A stretch of DNA of 64,000 nucleotides from Podarcis gaigeae (lineage: Eukaryota), in NCBI GenBank assembly GCA_964106915.2, contig OZ066919.1; one strand, 5' to 3'. Position numbers and translations under genes: made by a program. This document shows, piece after piece, positions 45,611 to 59,302 of this stretch (its first letter is position 1; every line of letters starts with the position of its first letter). Under the pieces are notes generated by a model. That model searched no databases and had not been told where the DNA came from. It worked only from the letters and a program-made list of their open reading frames with translations.

Positions 45611-48600
45611 GCTTTTACAGAGGGAGTGTACTGCTGAGAATAATCCAAACACTGTTTGTCTTCAGGACTTCTTTAATATAGTATCACACAAATGAGTTGT
45701 GTTAGCAGGGAAAACTTCTTCCTTCAGTAAGTATTGGGAGAGTTCTTCTTAGGCAGCCAGTTTTCCACAATAATGCAAGCAAATTTTGGCAGCATTTACC
45801 CATAAAATTTAATGTATTAAAATTAGGATACAGCCTATTACTTTGTTCTTCTGTTCATCACATCACCCATCTTCTCCTCTGTGTGCACTGAGGGCTAATT
45901 AGCGTCTTGCTCCTGGTCATCGATTTTGACTTTGGAGTCTAGGAAATGGTTATTCAGAGTGAATATTTTTGCAGTATACTTCAATCCCAAGTATTTTAAT
46001 TGAACTTATTTATAAATATACCAGTAAGCATTTATGGAATGTTTACCCTGTTTGGAAGTAGGCACTTAGTAAGCAGTGTTTGAGAAAAGGACATAGTATG
46101 TGGAAGGTGTTGTTCAGTATTCCTCTGTGTAAAAAAACATTGCCTGATTCTGTAATGCCACAAGTGTGGACAGGTGTGGGGACTGGCAAAGTCTTCCTTT
46201 GTTGGAACTGGACGTGCTGCATCTAGTACATTCAGGTCCCAGGAAGAATATCATTTGGACATGCTTTAACTCCCAAGTACATTCAATTTAAATTGAGGCT
46301 GGCTTCTGGAAGTGTATGGTGTGTTCCAGTCTGGCTGCATTGGCACAGAAGTACAATTGGAAAGGGCAGTTATTTTAAATAAATAATGGGGGGAAATGTA
46401 GGTGTGAGATTTTAATGCCATCTATTCTATGTTGAAATAACAGAAATTAGAATTTGAAAATTCAGTCAGATTGTCTACAGCCACCAACAGTAGATGCTAC
46501 AAAATTGTTCCCTAGTCTATATTTCTGTAGTGCACTATCAGTGAAGTTTATATTTTAATAACCTTAGCAAGAGAGCTTCCCTCTACTAAATAACTCTTGC
46601 ATGCTGCACGTTGAGTAACATATTGGAAACATCTCTGTGCTGCACAGCTGCCCAAATAAGAAATGGCTAAGTAATGAGAGAACTGAGGAGCATAAACAAG
46701 TGTTCATATTTGATAAAACTGGTTACTGGAAAATTAACATTTATTCTCTTTTCCCTCATTGGCTAGAACTCGCTTTCCTTTGTGTGTGCTAACACTGGTG
46801 CTTAATTATTATAGTGACACCCGTTTGCAGTAACTGGACTGTGTCCCTGTTGGGTCCTTCTTATGCCACTGTAATATGAAACTGTCAGGCAAGGAGGTCT
46901 GTGCATTATAAATAGGGTACTTCATCCATGATAAGCGATTATTATCTTTCTTTCCCAAGTGTAAAAGGCCTATATAACTCAAGAAGGTGCGAGTGATTTA
47001 GGCCTCCTGAGTAAGGCTCCAATGAGTCCTGAAGGGGACCCTACCTATGTTGTTGTCTTGTTATTGAACTTGAAATATTCAATTTATTATAGTGGAATAT
47101 ATTTTCAGAAGTCAGCACTGGATAAAATAATGTTGCAGGCTGTTAGACCAACAGTAGCACACGATTTAATGCCCCTCTGTGATGGCCTTCTAAAAACCCT
47201 CATCACCTTTGTTATAGAAGAAAATTACTATTGACATTTACTAACCATACGTGAGGAAAGGCTGTGCAGAATTATATCAATTATTTAAAAAGAAAATGCA
47301 TTTATGTGGTCCTTTTATTCTATACAATTTTCTTCTGTTGCGCTATTAGGTTCTTCATCCAGGCAGCTACTGCATGTGATGGGCTGCCCAATTCACAAAC
47401 CCATTAAGTTAGAACACTTGCATATAATCCACTTGGCCCTTTTGAAATAAACTGCCCCAAAGACAATCAGACTGCCACCCTCATGCCTATAACCCATTTA
47501 TTTGGAAGAAAGTAATATTATTAATTTCTGTGGACATTACTTTCATATAAGCATGCATAAAATTGCAGCCTAATCACTCAGTCAGCTGTACATAGAATCA
47601 GGTGCTACATTTCCTCTGTTTCTGAAATCACAACTTTTCTAATCTAAATAATCCCCCCACAAAGATGCTATCAGTCTTATGGAGGAAATAAAACAGGTAC
47701 CTGAACTAGATGGCCCATCGGCCTGACTCAGTGTGTGGCAGCAGCATATATTTTATTCTGTTGCTCTTTTTTGGTGAGCCTCCTATCTCACCTGAATCCT
47801 GATTAACCTACCCTTTGCCTGTTCTAGATTTCTTCTTGTCTACCTAAACACACTTACTGTGTTCCAGTCTGATTGTCCTTCTTTATTCAGGTGAATTCCT
47901 GATTTACACAGCTGACCTGGAGAAGAGTCCTGTTAGAATCTTGAATGTAAAGGTTAATGAAGTAGTTTCTACCCATTCCCTTTCAAGATGTTCACACTTC
48001 TGCTGTTGCACACCTTAATATTTAAACCTTGGATTTTCAGATCATGCTTAGGAGAATCCTTGAGCTTCCTTTGAGGTTAATCTGGTTTCCTAGGTGAAAA
48101 AAATGGCAGTGGTGAACAAGCTTCCTAGAATAGATCTTTCCCTGCAACAAAGAGCCACAGGGAAGTGTTGAGTGTGTTTAGGGTACAGGGCATGGGGCAA
48201 TGGTAAGGTAAACTAGTGCATTGTGTTAGCTGAGCTTATTCTAGAACATGCCTCAGAATCACTTGGAATTCAGGGAGCTTCATGGTGGATGTTCAGGGCT
48301 TGTTTGACAGATGAGTTGCTGTGGAAATGGTACCTTGAAGGTCAAAAGTTTGGAAACCACTACCTTATAAACCACCAGTTTTAGATCAGCTTAAGGTAGA
48401 AATGTTGCCTTTGCTAGGGACAGAAATTCTCATACATTTCATCAAAGCCAGGATTTGTGTTTAATCAAATCCATTTCAATAGAATGAGAAGCCTATTCAC
48501 ATGGCAATCCAGCACATGTTGGCTGCTCGCCCGCAGGCAGCTGGTCAAGTGCACCTGCCAGCCACATGCAGGATTCATCTTTCAACGCACATTGGTAGAT

Positions 48601-49494
48601 ACTGGGGAAATGGCATTTTCAGTGGTATGCCAAAAGCTGATTCTGGTGTGAGGCAGCAGATGCACACAACTCAGGGAGCTTGCAAGTACAAGAATTTTGG
48701 GTGTTTTTCCTGCACCTACTATGCACTCATGCCAGGCATGAGATGGATTTTAAAAAGATAAGGTAAAAAATACTTTGTTGCAGAGCAAGTCTTAGTCATT
48801 ATGGGATGTCCTGCCATAATAATCCCACCTTCATGCCTCATTCTCCACTGCATCTATATTGTGTTACAGTGTAATGTGTAAACTTTTATAGAATAATGAG
48901 AATTTCCCAGCTGTTTCAGAGGAACTCCAGGTTTTCTAAAATAGCTTCTCCCCAGGACCTCCTTTAGCCACCACCACTCCAGCAAGAGAGCTGGGTAGAG
49001 AACCTCCATTTCTCTGGAGAGTTCTAAGAGTTGGGAGCCAATGATACTTTCCGCAGGGCTGCAGAAAACCTCGGGGACTGGGGAAAGGGGGCTTTGAAAA
49101 ACAACTCCACTCCACAGACCACCCTTCGTTGCCACAGCTTTTGATAGAAACAGAACAAGGAGCCATACGATATCATTTTGTAGATTAGACAGTGTGTGGT
49201 ATGCTGGGTCTATCATTGTGAGGGCAATATGAGACACCTGCAAATCTGATTTTATTATTGTGAATGGCTTTGAAAATGATGGCTATCAAAGGTAAATAAA
49301 TATTCTAAAAAGAAATGCAAACATATACGTCAAAGCATATTTGCAGACTATTCCCATTTTTGCAGAAGCAGAAGCTCACAGCAAAGTCCAGTAAACACTC
49401 CCTCCCACCTGAGAGGGATGGACAGATGGTGATGTGATACTGAAATATGCAAATAAAAGAAATAGGCTCTAGATATGTTTGCATTATTCACAGG

Positions 49495-49681
49495 ATGGCT
49501 GGCAGTCAGGAGAGCAATGCATCCCTCTTCAGTGATCAGACCCCCGCCCAGGAAAGTTCTCAAGCAAAAAGATCCCAGAATTATGAAGAGGAGACATTTT
49601 ATAAGAACTGCAGAGCAGCCTATTTAGCTGTCTTCAAAAGCAGCTTAGAAAACATTAAATCAAAAGAACAACTGTGTTTGG
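49495..49681 (+). CDS. EFCAB7: EFCAB7 first coding exon (187 nt CDS)
   Basis: ttcacag|G ATG; MAGSQESNASLFSDQ...EEETFYKNCRAAYLAVFKSSLENIKSKEQLCL; G|gtgagt. Matches recalled human EEEIFYMNCRAAYLTVFKSSLENI. Confidence 0.97.
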
Positions 49682-49831
49682 GTGAGTGTATTTTTTAAAG
49701 TTGTGATCAGTTTAGGAGAAATCTTGAATTCCAGCAGTCGATAATATATTTGAGTGCTAAGAAACCTTGATACGATTCATGTGCCATATTTCTCTATAAT
49801 CAAAGCACTGTTGGGTGGACACTCACTGAAG

Positions 49832-50000
49832 CAGTGGCGTAGCGTGGGGGGTGCAGGGGGGGCCGGCCGCACCGGGCACAACATCTGGGGGTTAGGGTTA
49901 GGGGGCGCAAATCCATGGGCTACGGGGCGCAAATCCACGGGTTAGGGGGCACAAATTACTTGCCTTGTCCCGGGTGCTGACAACCCACGCTACGCCACTG
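49832..50000 (-). mobile_element. CCCTAA-containing hAT-type MITE, copy 2
   Basis: Reverse orientation of 44883-45029; flanks cactgaag / tactgaag (7/8 match). Confidence 0.94.
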
Positions 50001-50479
50001 TACTGAAGTGCTTCAGGGAGAACCCCAGATGTCCTACCCTTGCTGCACACTAGGGGGGACACGCTAGGGAGGCCCAAGGAAAGAAAATCAGGCCAAGCAT
50101 CTTACTGTGATCAAAATAGTATCTGTACCTAACTCAATTCTCCCTATGAAAGGTGAGGAGAAGTAAGTTTATTTCCACTGAGTGACAAAAATAATAGCCA
50201 CTTTGCATATTGTTTTTGATGGATACACAGAAAGGACACAACCCTACTCATTCTGCATGCATAGATTAATAGCTATGCTGTATAAATCAGTATAATTCTA
50301 TTGTTCATGGGAAAAGTTGCATATCAATTATAAACCAAGACATCAGTTTCTTTTTAAAAAAAAAATCATTCCAGCATGATCTAGAATAATAGAATTGTAG
50401 AGTTGGAAGGGTTCATGGGGGTCGTCTTGTCCAACCACTGCAATGCAGGAATCTTTTGCTCAGTGTGGGGCTCAGAAGG

Positions 50480-51360
50480 TTTTCAAATTTATCCAGAAAG
50501 TTAGAGACAGGCACACCTTACTAGGCAGGGCACAACTGAGGGACCACCAATGAAAAGTCCCTGCAACAGCTCAGTGCCAACCAAGTATTTCCCAGTGGTG
50601 GCACCAACAGCGAGGCCTCACTTGCCAATCATAATAGTCTGATATGGTTGGTATTGGGGAAGATGCTCTTTTCAGTACTTGGGCCTGAAGCCATTTAGCG
50701 CTTTATATGGTAGTACTAATGCCTTGAATTGAGCCCAGTAACTCCCTGGTAGTCAGTGCAGTCCTTTCAGGACTGGGGTCCCATTGGACTGCCTCATTTA
50801 TCTACCTAGCTGCCACATTCTGTACTAGATGCAGCTTCTGGACCATCTTCAAGGACAGCCACACATAGAGCACATTACAGTGGTCCTAGCAGGAGGTCAC
50901 TATAGCATGGACAACTGAGACCAAGCTGTCCCAGTCCAGGAGCAGCTGTAGCTGATGAACCAGCCTAATCTGGGCATAAGCGCTCCTAGATGCAGAAGCT
51001 ATTTGAGACTCCATTAACAAGTTGGAATCCAGTGATAAGTTGGAATACTCCTAAACTGCAAACCTCATATTCAAGGGTAGCAAAACGCTGCTCAGAACAG
51101 GATGTACACTTAATGACCAGACATGGGAACTACCCATCTACAGCATTCTATTTTATGAGGATTCAACCTCAGTTTTTTGGCCCCCATCCAGTTCATCACT
51201 ACCTCCAGATACGCGTCCAACACTTTTGCAGCCTTTCCTGATTCCAATGGAATGAAGAAATAAAGTCACATGTCATCAGCATACTTACGACACCATGTTC
51301 CAAATCCCCAGATGACAGCTCCCAATGGTTTCATATAGAAACTAAATGACATAGGAGACA
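50480..51360 (-). mobile_element. Degenerate L2-type LINE ORF2 fragment
   Basis: Plus-strand remnants gctgccacattctgtactagatgcagcttctggaccatcttcaaggacagcc and catgtcatcagcatac are the reverse complement of L2-like RT motifs (YADD, KLQLVQNxAA). Confidence 0.7.
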
Positions 51361-51456
51361 GAAAGGACAGTAAAGACATGGTTGTGTACACAAATTCACC
51401 TGTGGAACAGATTATTGGTGGTGCATTGGAATGTTACATAGATGGTAGCATAAGTT

Positions 51457-51799
51457 TAAAGGTAAAGGTAAAGGTACCCCTGCCCGTATGGGCCAGTCTT
51501 GACAGACTCTGGGGTTGTGCGCCCATCTCACTCAAGAGGCCAGGGGCCAGCGCTGTCCGGAGACACTTCCGGGTCACGTGGCCAGCGTGACATCGCTGCT
51601 CTGGCGAGCCAGAGCCGCACACGGAAACGCCGTTTACCTTCCCGCTGGTAAGCGGTCCCTATTTATCTACTTGCACCCGGAGGTGCTTTCGAACTGCTAG
51701 GTTGGCAGGCGCTGGGACCGAGCAGCGGGAGCGCACCCCGCCGCAGGGATTCGAACCGCCGACCTTTCGATCGGCAAGTCCTAGGCGCTGAGGCTTTAA
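51457..51799 (-). mobile_element. Sauria SINE, young subfamily, nearly identical to 14896-15246
   Basis: The ORF track shows near-identical spurious peptides at both loci; CpGs intact; (ACCTTT)n tail. Confidence 0.95.
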
Positions 51800-53347
51800 A
51801 GTATAAAAAATTTGATAAACACTGCATCCTGTTGTAATGTCCTTTCTTTGCAGTTGATGCTATTAATTAGTTATATATTGGCATCAATATACATCAGAGG
51901 ATCATTGTACTTTACATCCCACCTTCTACATTTTTACAGAATACTCTGATGATTTCAGAGGCAAAGTTCTTATACATTAGCCTTACATGACGTGACTCTA
52001 ATATCAGGCTAGTAGAATCAGTTTGTAAATCTGTTAGCATCAGATAATCTGGATTTTAAATATGAATGGTGTGAACAAATGCTCACTCGCTCTTTTTTAT
52101 GCTATTTCTTTCATCTCTGTCCATATGTCACTTGGGAAGAGTGCATGTGTTTGGCCATGTGCACTTCAAGGTCAGTTTAGGAAAGACAACGGAGAGTTCA
52201 AGCTTTCCATATTCTTAACGAGATGTCTGGATCTTTAGAAAAAAACAAACAAACATGTTTTAGCCCATTACAGATTTGTGTCGAGGCTTAGAGTTCAGTT
52301 CTGGCTAGGAATAAAATCACCAGAATGGCATTGGTTATATGGTGTTTGATTAATAACACAGATTCTGCTTTGTAATCTACAACCTGGTTCTTCAAACTCT
52401 TGTTTATATGAGTTGTACTTATTTTATGAAATGTAATGTCCTGAGCTAAAATGTCTCTGTAGACACTTATCAGAGTCCAAGTCTTTTTATCAGGTACATT
52501 TAAAGAGTACAAGAAAATAACTTCTTATAAAAATAGTCTGAGGAGACTAGTTAGCAGTTCACAGAAAGTACTGAGTTCCCAGTAAGTATAAATAATATAC
52601 CAACCAACAGAATTTCACAATATATTTCAAGAGAGTTGGAGTTTTAAAGTGTTTTTTAGAAAAATAATTTAAAAAAATGAATATCATCTTGAAGAGGGAT
52701 GCCAAATTGCCTCCCAAGAAGCTAAACCCACCCGCATAGCAAAATGTACCTTGCAGGCAATTACCACAATTCAGCAACCCATGCAACTAGATTCAAATGC
52801 CCAACAGGCCTTTAGACTTCACTTTTAAAACAAAAGCCTTCCGGACAAACTGTTTTTGAATATAGGCAGAATTCCAAAGTAGTTTGTTACTCATCATTGG
52901 GGTTTGCTATTAGAAAGGGAAAGAAGCTGAAAGTTCCATTAGGCAGTTTCAAGCTCTTAAACATAATATCAGCAACAGCTGCAAAACATCCTTGGAGGCT
53001 GGATGCGCTGCCTCCTTGACAGCTGCCCCCCCCCCCCATGATGCCTCTACAGCAGCGTTTTGGCAAATCGGAGGCAATACTTTGTCTCCTCCCACCCTTG
53101 TTTCCAATATATATACTTATTACCCTCTTGTTCCTGTTGTAGATCTTCATTCATTCCTTTTCCCCCTGCTAGTGGTTATTTTGTAGTTCACTCTCAGGTG
53201 CCAAAATGTCTTGGACCAGCCCTGGTAGTCACATTGTTCTTGCACCAGCACCTGCTGCATCAGGAAAGATTGCACAAATACTAGCTATTAAATACCTCCT
53301 GGAATTGCACTGGTGGGCCTTTAATGCACAGTGGGGTTACAGGAGTA

Positions 53348-53717
53348 AAGCTAAAGGTAAGGGTACCCCTACCTGTATGGGCCAGTCGTGACCGACTCTG
53401 GGGTTGCGCGCCCATCTCGCTTAAGAGGCCGGGGGCCAGCGCTGTCCGAGGACACTTCTGGGTCATGTGGCCAGTGTGACGAAGCTGCTCTGGCAAGCCT
53501 GCACCAGCGCAGCACACGGAAACTCCGTTTACCTTCCCGCTGGTAAGCGGTCCCTATTTATCTACTTGCACTTAAGGGTGCTTTCGAACTGCTAGGTGGG
53601 CAGGAGCTGGGACCGAACGACAGGAGCTCACCCCGCCGCGGGGATTCGAACTGCCGACCATACGATCGGCAAGTCCTAGGTGCTGAGGTTTTACCCACAG
53701 CGCCACCCGCGTCCCTT
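53348..53717 (-). mobile_element. Sauria SINE, full length with 12-bp TSD
   Basis: Head gggacgcgggtggcgctgtgggtaaaacc; TSD gttacaggagta at 53336-53347 and 53718-53729. Confidence 0.95.
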
Positions 53718-53846
53718 GTTACAGGAGTAGAAAAGAGTAATTTTCAGTAGTAGCTACTTACAGAGTGTTTTAAGAAAATGATATATACACCGTCTTGTCA
53801 GTGTCACTAAATGCTTTTTTTTTTTTTTTTTTGCTTTATTTTGCAG

Positions 53847-54058
53847 TACTTCAGCAAGCTGGAAGAAATCCATCTCAGAAGACAGTTAATAAATACTGGA
53901 CACTGCAAACCACCACACTGAATTTTGATGATTTTTGCTTCATCTTAAAACAAGAAGAACCTGTTAGGAAAACAGAGTTGCTCAAAGCATTTGCAAAAAT
54001 AGATATAAATAATGAGGGCTGTATTTTACATAATGAGCTGTATAAACTTCTTACAACT
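53847..54058 (+). CDS. EFCAB7: EFCAB7 exon (212 nt), EF-hand 1
   Basis: ttttgcag|TA ... ACT|gtaagt; LQQAGRNPSQKTVNKYW...LNFDDFC...FAKIDINNEGCILHNELYKLLTT. Confidence 0.97.
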
Positions 54059-54252
54059 GTAAGTACCTCAAAGGGTAGTTAGGACTGATACTTTTAACAA
54101 TTCATATAAACCACAGGGGAAATATGTTTAAACTTTAATAAATCATTACTGTTTGTGGGGAGGCATAATAACTAAATATTGCAGTGTTTTCCCTTCATTG
54201 CTTTGCAACTGAAGCTGACTTTTTTTTGTTTGTTTTTTTTGTTTTTTTGCAG

Positions 54253-54339
54253 AGAGGTGAAAAAATGACCCATGATGAAGTTAATGCAATCACCGAATTG
54301 GTGGAAGTGAACAGTGATGGAAAGTTTGATTATTACAAG
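54253..54339 (+). CDS. EFCAB7: EFCAB7 exon (87 nt), EF-hand 2
   Basis: tttttgcag|AGA ... AAG|gtatag; RGEKMTHDEVNAITELVEVNSDGKFDYYK. Confidence 0.97.
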
Positions 54340-56247
54340 GTATAGTGGATAAGACTACATAGGTTTGTATCTAAAGTTACTTGAACATACATATGCTTTT
54401 GTATTGGGGATTTCCTGCCCTCTCTTTCCCACTAAACCCTCAGGAAAGGTCTTCAATGTGGTGCAGTCTTGACTGGGAGTCGGAATAGGGGGCTTAAACA
54501 AGAAAGAGGTGAGGCTGAATAAGTGAGAGTGATTTGGTTCTTAAACGCCTAATAGGATATTTCCATGGTGTCAAAGTTTTCTGGTCACCTTTTAGTAATC
54601 CTTTCAAAGGAGGTTACAGCAGTTCAGAATGTGATACATAGGTGTTAGAGGATCTGATTGTCAGTGCATGCTTTCAGAGAAAAGTATGTCAGGCACTAAA
54701 AAATTGCAAGTTTTTAGTTGTGATATATTAGAACAGCTCTTCATGTTGCAGACATGAACAATAGAGCTCAGTGTGGCTGGCCTTTGACAAAGTAAAGGTA
54801 TAGGTTTGCAACCTTGAAGTATGCTTATTAATATGGTAATGTAGCTAGTACTTATAAATATCTTATCACACACTGTGTCTTGGATGCAAAGTACCAGGAG
54901 TGGAGGGAGAAAATGTATTGGTGCTATTCAATGTGCTGCTTGGCAAGGGAGTGTAAGACTTCTCACAGTGAGGCACCACAGTACATCAGAGGTTGTGTTA
55001 TAGTATGACAACCATGATAAATAAGGAAGATACATGCTGTAGCATGGAAACTCTAGTCGGCTGTAAGAATCTCTTGAGAAGGAACTTGTGCAAATGGAAG
55101 AGCTTCTCTGAATATGCAGTCATTTCTGTCATGTGACACTCTTTCAATATGCTAGAAATGAAGAAGCTTTTTACTAAAGGGAGAGTCACTGTCAGCCTGA
55201 GTGTATTAGAACAATAGAAATATAGAGTTGGAAGGGACCCCAAGGGTCATCTAGTCTAACTCCCTGCAATGCAAGGATCTTAGCTAGATCATACATGTAT
55301 CAGTGAAATCCAAACTTGCACTGGCAGACTTGTGCTCATGCAGTAAGTCACCCCTCTCCTCCCCGCAAACTTCACTCACACCCCAGATCTGCTCTGCAGG
55401 GTCCGCCCAGTCCTCCAAAGCAGATTTTGTAGACTGCAGGGGGAGGAGAGGCAGGTAATATCCCATTGCGTGAGCAGAATTCAGTTCTGCTTGCAAACAT
55501 AAACCTTTGGACACAACCCTATATACAACTATATATTTATGGCAGACATCAAGCTTAATACTTAAAAATAGAAGGAGTGTAGAGTGTCAGAACAGGAGTA
55601 GTATCCCATCGAGCTATATTGACAATGCCTTTTTCTCATAAGAGTTCACAGTGAATATAGAAGAACATCCCTTTTTTAACAAAGAAAAATAGGATAAGGA
55701 ATGTATATGTGTAAAATAAGTGTTGATTAAAGGCAGTTCTTTCCAAATACTTTCCCGAGTATGCAGTGTCATCTATCACAATACTATCTTTCTGGCCGTA
55801 GCTAAAGCAATGTTCTTTTAAAAAATGCAACTGTTAATTTTATGTTATCTGGAGTTTGTTAATCTTGGAGTTTACCTTATCTGAAATGACTATGTTGTTC
55901 ATTAAGGTTTCCCATCCAGACTCATAGAAAAGAAAATTCCTTCATTTAAAATTAGACATAAAAAGCCAGTCTGCCCACAAATATGTCTGGTAGACAATAT
56001 AAATCTTATCTTCAGGTACCTTTCATTTTTATTTTCTCTCAGTTGTATGATCTCCTCATTGAATCATGTCTCCATTTTATTGTGCCACTGGAGAGTGGTC
56101 AGTTTGATTCATGAAAGCAAGATGAGGATTGTACTAACAGAAGAAATACTTTTTATCTGTTGATCTATTCCTTGCTTAGTAGTGCCTTTGTTTATTTTCC
56201 TTCTAAAATACTTAAGAGACTAAGGTGTGTGTGTGTTTTGTTTACAG

Positions 56248-56443
56248 TTTTGTAAATTGTATATGACAACCAATGAGCAATGTCTGAAGAACGCACTAGA
56301 GAAACTGGAGGTTGACAGTAAACTGAAGCGTCAGCAGTTTGGAAGCCAGCTTGAGACTTCATCAGAACTGGCTACATCACCAATATCAAAAACAATACCA
56401 AAAACTGCAAGGAAAACAGAATCCAAACCAATGCTAAAAAGAG
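56248..56443 (+). CDS. EFCAB7: EFCAB7 exon (196 nt)
   Basis: gtttacag|TTT ... AGA G|gtaata; FCKLYMTTNEQCLKNALEKLEVDSKLKRQQFG... Confidence 0.97.
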
Positions 56444-57316
56444 GTAATAATTTTTCAAACAAGAAAGCTCTACTTCATAGAGTGTCATTTCCCCTCTGCA
56501 TGACACCTTGGATATAGATTTTTTTCTCTCTTTTTTGAAATGTGTGTTCATTTATTTCACTAAAAATATTTGCTTTATCAATGGTAGAAATGTCTCTCTG
56601 GTATTTCCAAAGCCCTAGGCTCAGAAGAAGTTTTGCTACATCCCTCACTTCAGCATTTTTCTTTCTCTAGCATTAGCTGATTAATGTTTGAGTGACCCCA
56701 TTCACACAGCATATCCCAATAGCACTCTTCTGCTGCTGTTGCAATGCCACAGAAGAAGCAAGCTACAGTTTGGCTTTCATGTCTTCTAAACCTTACTTGC
56801 AGTTTGTTTTTTTCCAAATAAGCTAAGAGCAAACCTTTGACCAGAGATCTTCCATATGTTGTGTTTTGGCAAATGAACTTTTCCTGCATTATGAGTCGCT
56901 GGTTCACTGAAAGCTGGCAGAATGTCCACTCTATTTAATAAAAGGGCAGTTTACAATTTAAATTTGGCCTTACCCTGATAAGATTTAGCACAGTATTATA
57001 TGACACCAACTTTGTGATATGGGTTATTTAATGTTTGAATTAATAGATTTGATAGATTCTCTAATCTTTTAGTGCAAATATCACTTGGCAGCTGCTGGGT
57101 TGGAGATTCATTACCAGTAGACTTGGCAGGTTCAGTGCAAATCAAAGCAGATACCAAATTTTTCCAGTGCATATAGTGGCCCAGCAAAACACAAATCAGT
57201 TTACCAGACCAGATTAACTACTATACGGTATATTTATCATTCTGTATCTATTTTCTCACTTGATGAATGTAAATATTCATAAATAAGGTGCTATAAATAA
57301 AACTCTGCAATTGTAG

Positions 57317-57441
57317 GTCACTGCAAGACTTCTTCACAGTGTTCCTCAGCTCCAAGTTGCAAAGCATCTGTTTCTTCCACTATCAGTATGGGTGCCAGCA
57401 GCAACAAACATTCGAAGCTCATTGAGGCAAATGCTGCAAAG
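57317..57441 (+). CDS. EFCAB7: EFCAB7 exon (125 nt)
   Basis: ttgtag|GT ... AAG|gtagac; (G)HCKTSSQCSSAPSCKASVSSTISMGASSNKHSKLIEANAAK; phases fit. Confidence 0.92.
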
Positions 57442-59302
57442 GTAGACTTCGTTAATTTAGTTTGACTCTTGCTCCCCCTCACCAGGTATAGACATTGCAT
57501 TTTAAATAGAAAGCAATTTTTCTCTCTTTTATAGCTTATGTTTTATTAACTGCTTGTCAAGGGCAGCAACACAGCACACAGAGATTTCTGGTTGCAAAAC
57601 ACTATAAACATTTTTATATAATGTTGGTTTTGCTGACATCCCGTTATTTAGGATCATTTTTCAGGTGTGAAGGTTTGCTAGAACAAAACATGTTTTTCTA
57701 TAAAGGAAAGCACTCTTGGATAAAATTGTTAATGACTGTTTGAGAAATGCAAAATTGAATAATTTATTAGTACTTTAAATGCTTAAGTAGCCTGAAAGAT
57801 TATATATCACAACCCTCTATAGGCAAGGTAATTGGAAATAAATATCTTCAAACGTACCCAGATCAGAAGACATTAATTGGTAAATATACACTGTAGCCTG
57901 AAAATATTGACTGTTATTTAGACTAATAAGTTTTACAAGTAATTTCTTTTAAATAAGTCATTCATTCAATAACCATTCCTAAGGGAGAAAGACAACAAAG
58001 TCACTTTGCTAAGTCAATATTTGTAGAGTGTTAATATTGATCTTTTCCCTTTGTTTTCCCTTTCCTGATTCAACCTTTACTAGTTTTCTTTCAGCAGAAA
58101 ATAATAGCTAGAGAAATATAAAACATTAACTGGAAACTGCTAAGATACATTAAAAATGTGCACCTTGAGACCTCTGTGTAAGGGAGAACGAATGGTTATG
58201 ACCACATAATATAACTGCAGCTAGAAGACTGAACTGATTGTTCTCTTGAGTTACATTTTTGTTTCAAATAACAACTCTGTATTTGTTATTGAACTCTGAA
58301 GTCCTTTATATCTTTAACATTGCTAGACAGTGACATTTGTTCTATATTAAAATTTAAAAGCATCCTCTCCAAGGATTTTTTTCTGTGTGTTTAGGTATCC
58401 AAACCCCTATGCAATTTAGCCTGTAATTCCAGTATGTTCAAAGATGATATGTTGTTGGTTATAAAAACACATACAGTAGTTTTCTACTAGTTGTAATTGG
58501 TTCAGTTTCAACAACCTATTAGATGGTAATGAAAACTAGCTTTCTAAGCTGTTAGCGAATGATCAGTTTGTTCATCACAAGAGTGATCCACCGCCTGCTT
58601 AAATAGTGAAGTTCCCAAAGATGAGTTTAGTGTTCTGAGTAGGTTTCTATTAAATTTTTGCTAATAAAAGTTCATCGTTGTTCTTTTGACTTGCACCCCA
58701 TTGTGTATCTCTTAATAGTATTCTGCTGATAGCTATTTGTGCATGAAGTGTTTTTGCAGGTGGAACAGGAGTATTCCGAAACAAGGTTTGGTTTCCTAAC
58801 AGGTGGGCACTGCTAGAAAGTACAGGATCAGCTGAGGTGTCTGGATATTTTCCAGTATTTTTCTGAGCACTACAATTACCTCAAACCATTAGGTACCAGT
58901 TCCACTTCAACTGTTTCCCCACTACATGTAATACACAAAGAAGAAAAGCAGACTCTTGCCGCATATGGGGAACTGTGTGGTCCCCAGCTTCAAATAGGGG
59001 ATATATGTGAATTTCCTTTCCCATCACAAGGTGCAGCAGAAAGCTGAAACCCAAATAACACTTGGATGTCTACTTTACACTGGTTATTGCAGCATGCACA
59101 GGTTATGTGGCAAATCAAAAAAATCAAGAATATATGATAAATTTCCAAGCCATTGCAGTTTCTAATTGCGGACATCCCTGACAATTGGGAAAGCTTGATA
59201 AATTACAAGGAACATTCATCTATATGCTTATAACCCCACCCTGCCTCCAGTCTACCACATAAGAATAACAGCAAAGCATTCGTGGGAGAGCCCTTCCAGT
59301 TA

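Noticed and set aside
49447-49494. In-frame upstream ATG extending EFCAB7 (MQIKEIGSRY...)
   Set aside because: It lies upstream of the acceptor ttcacag at 49493, so it is intronic; homology starts at the ATG at 49495.
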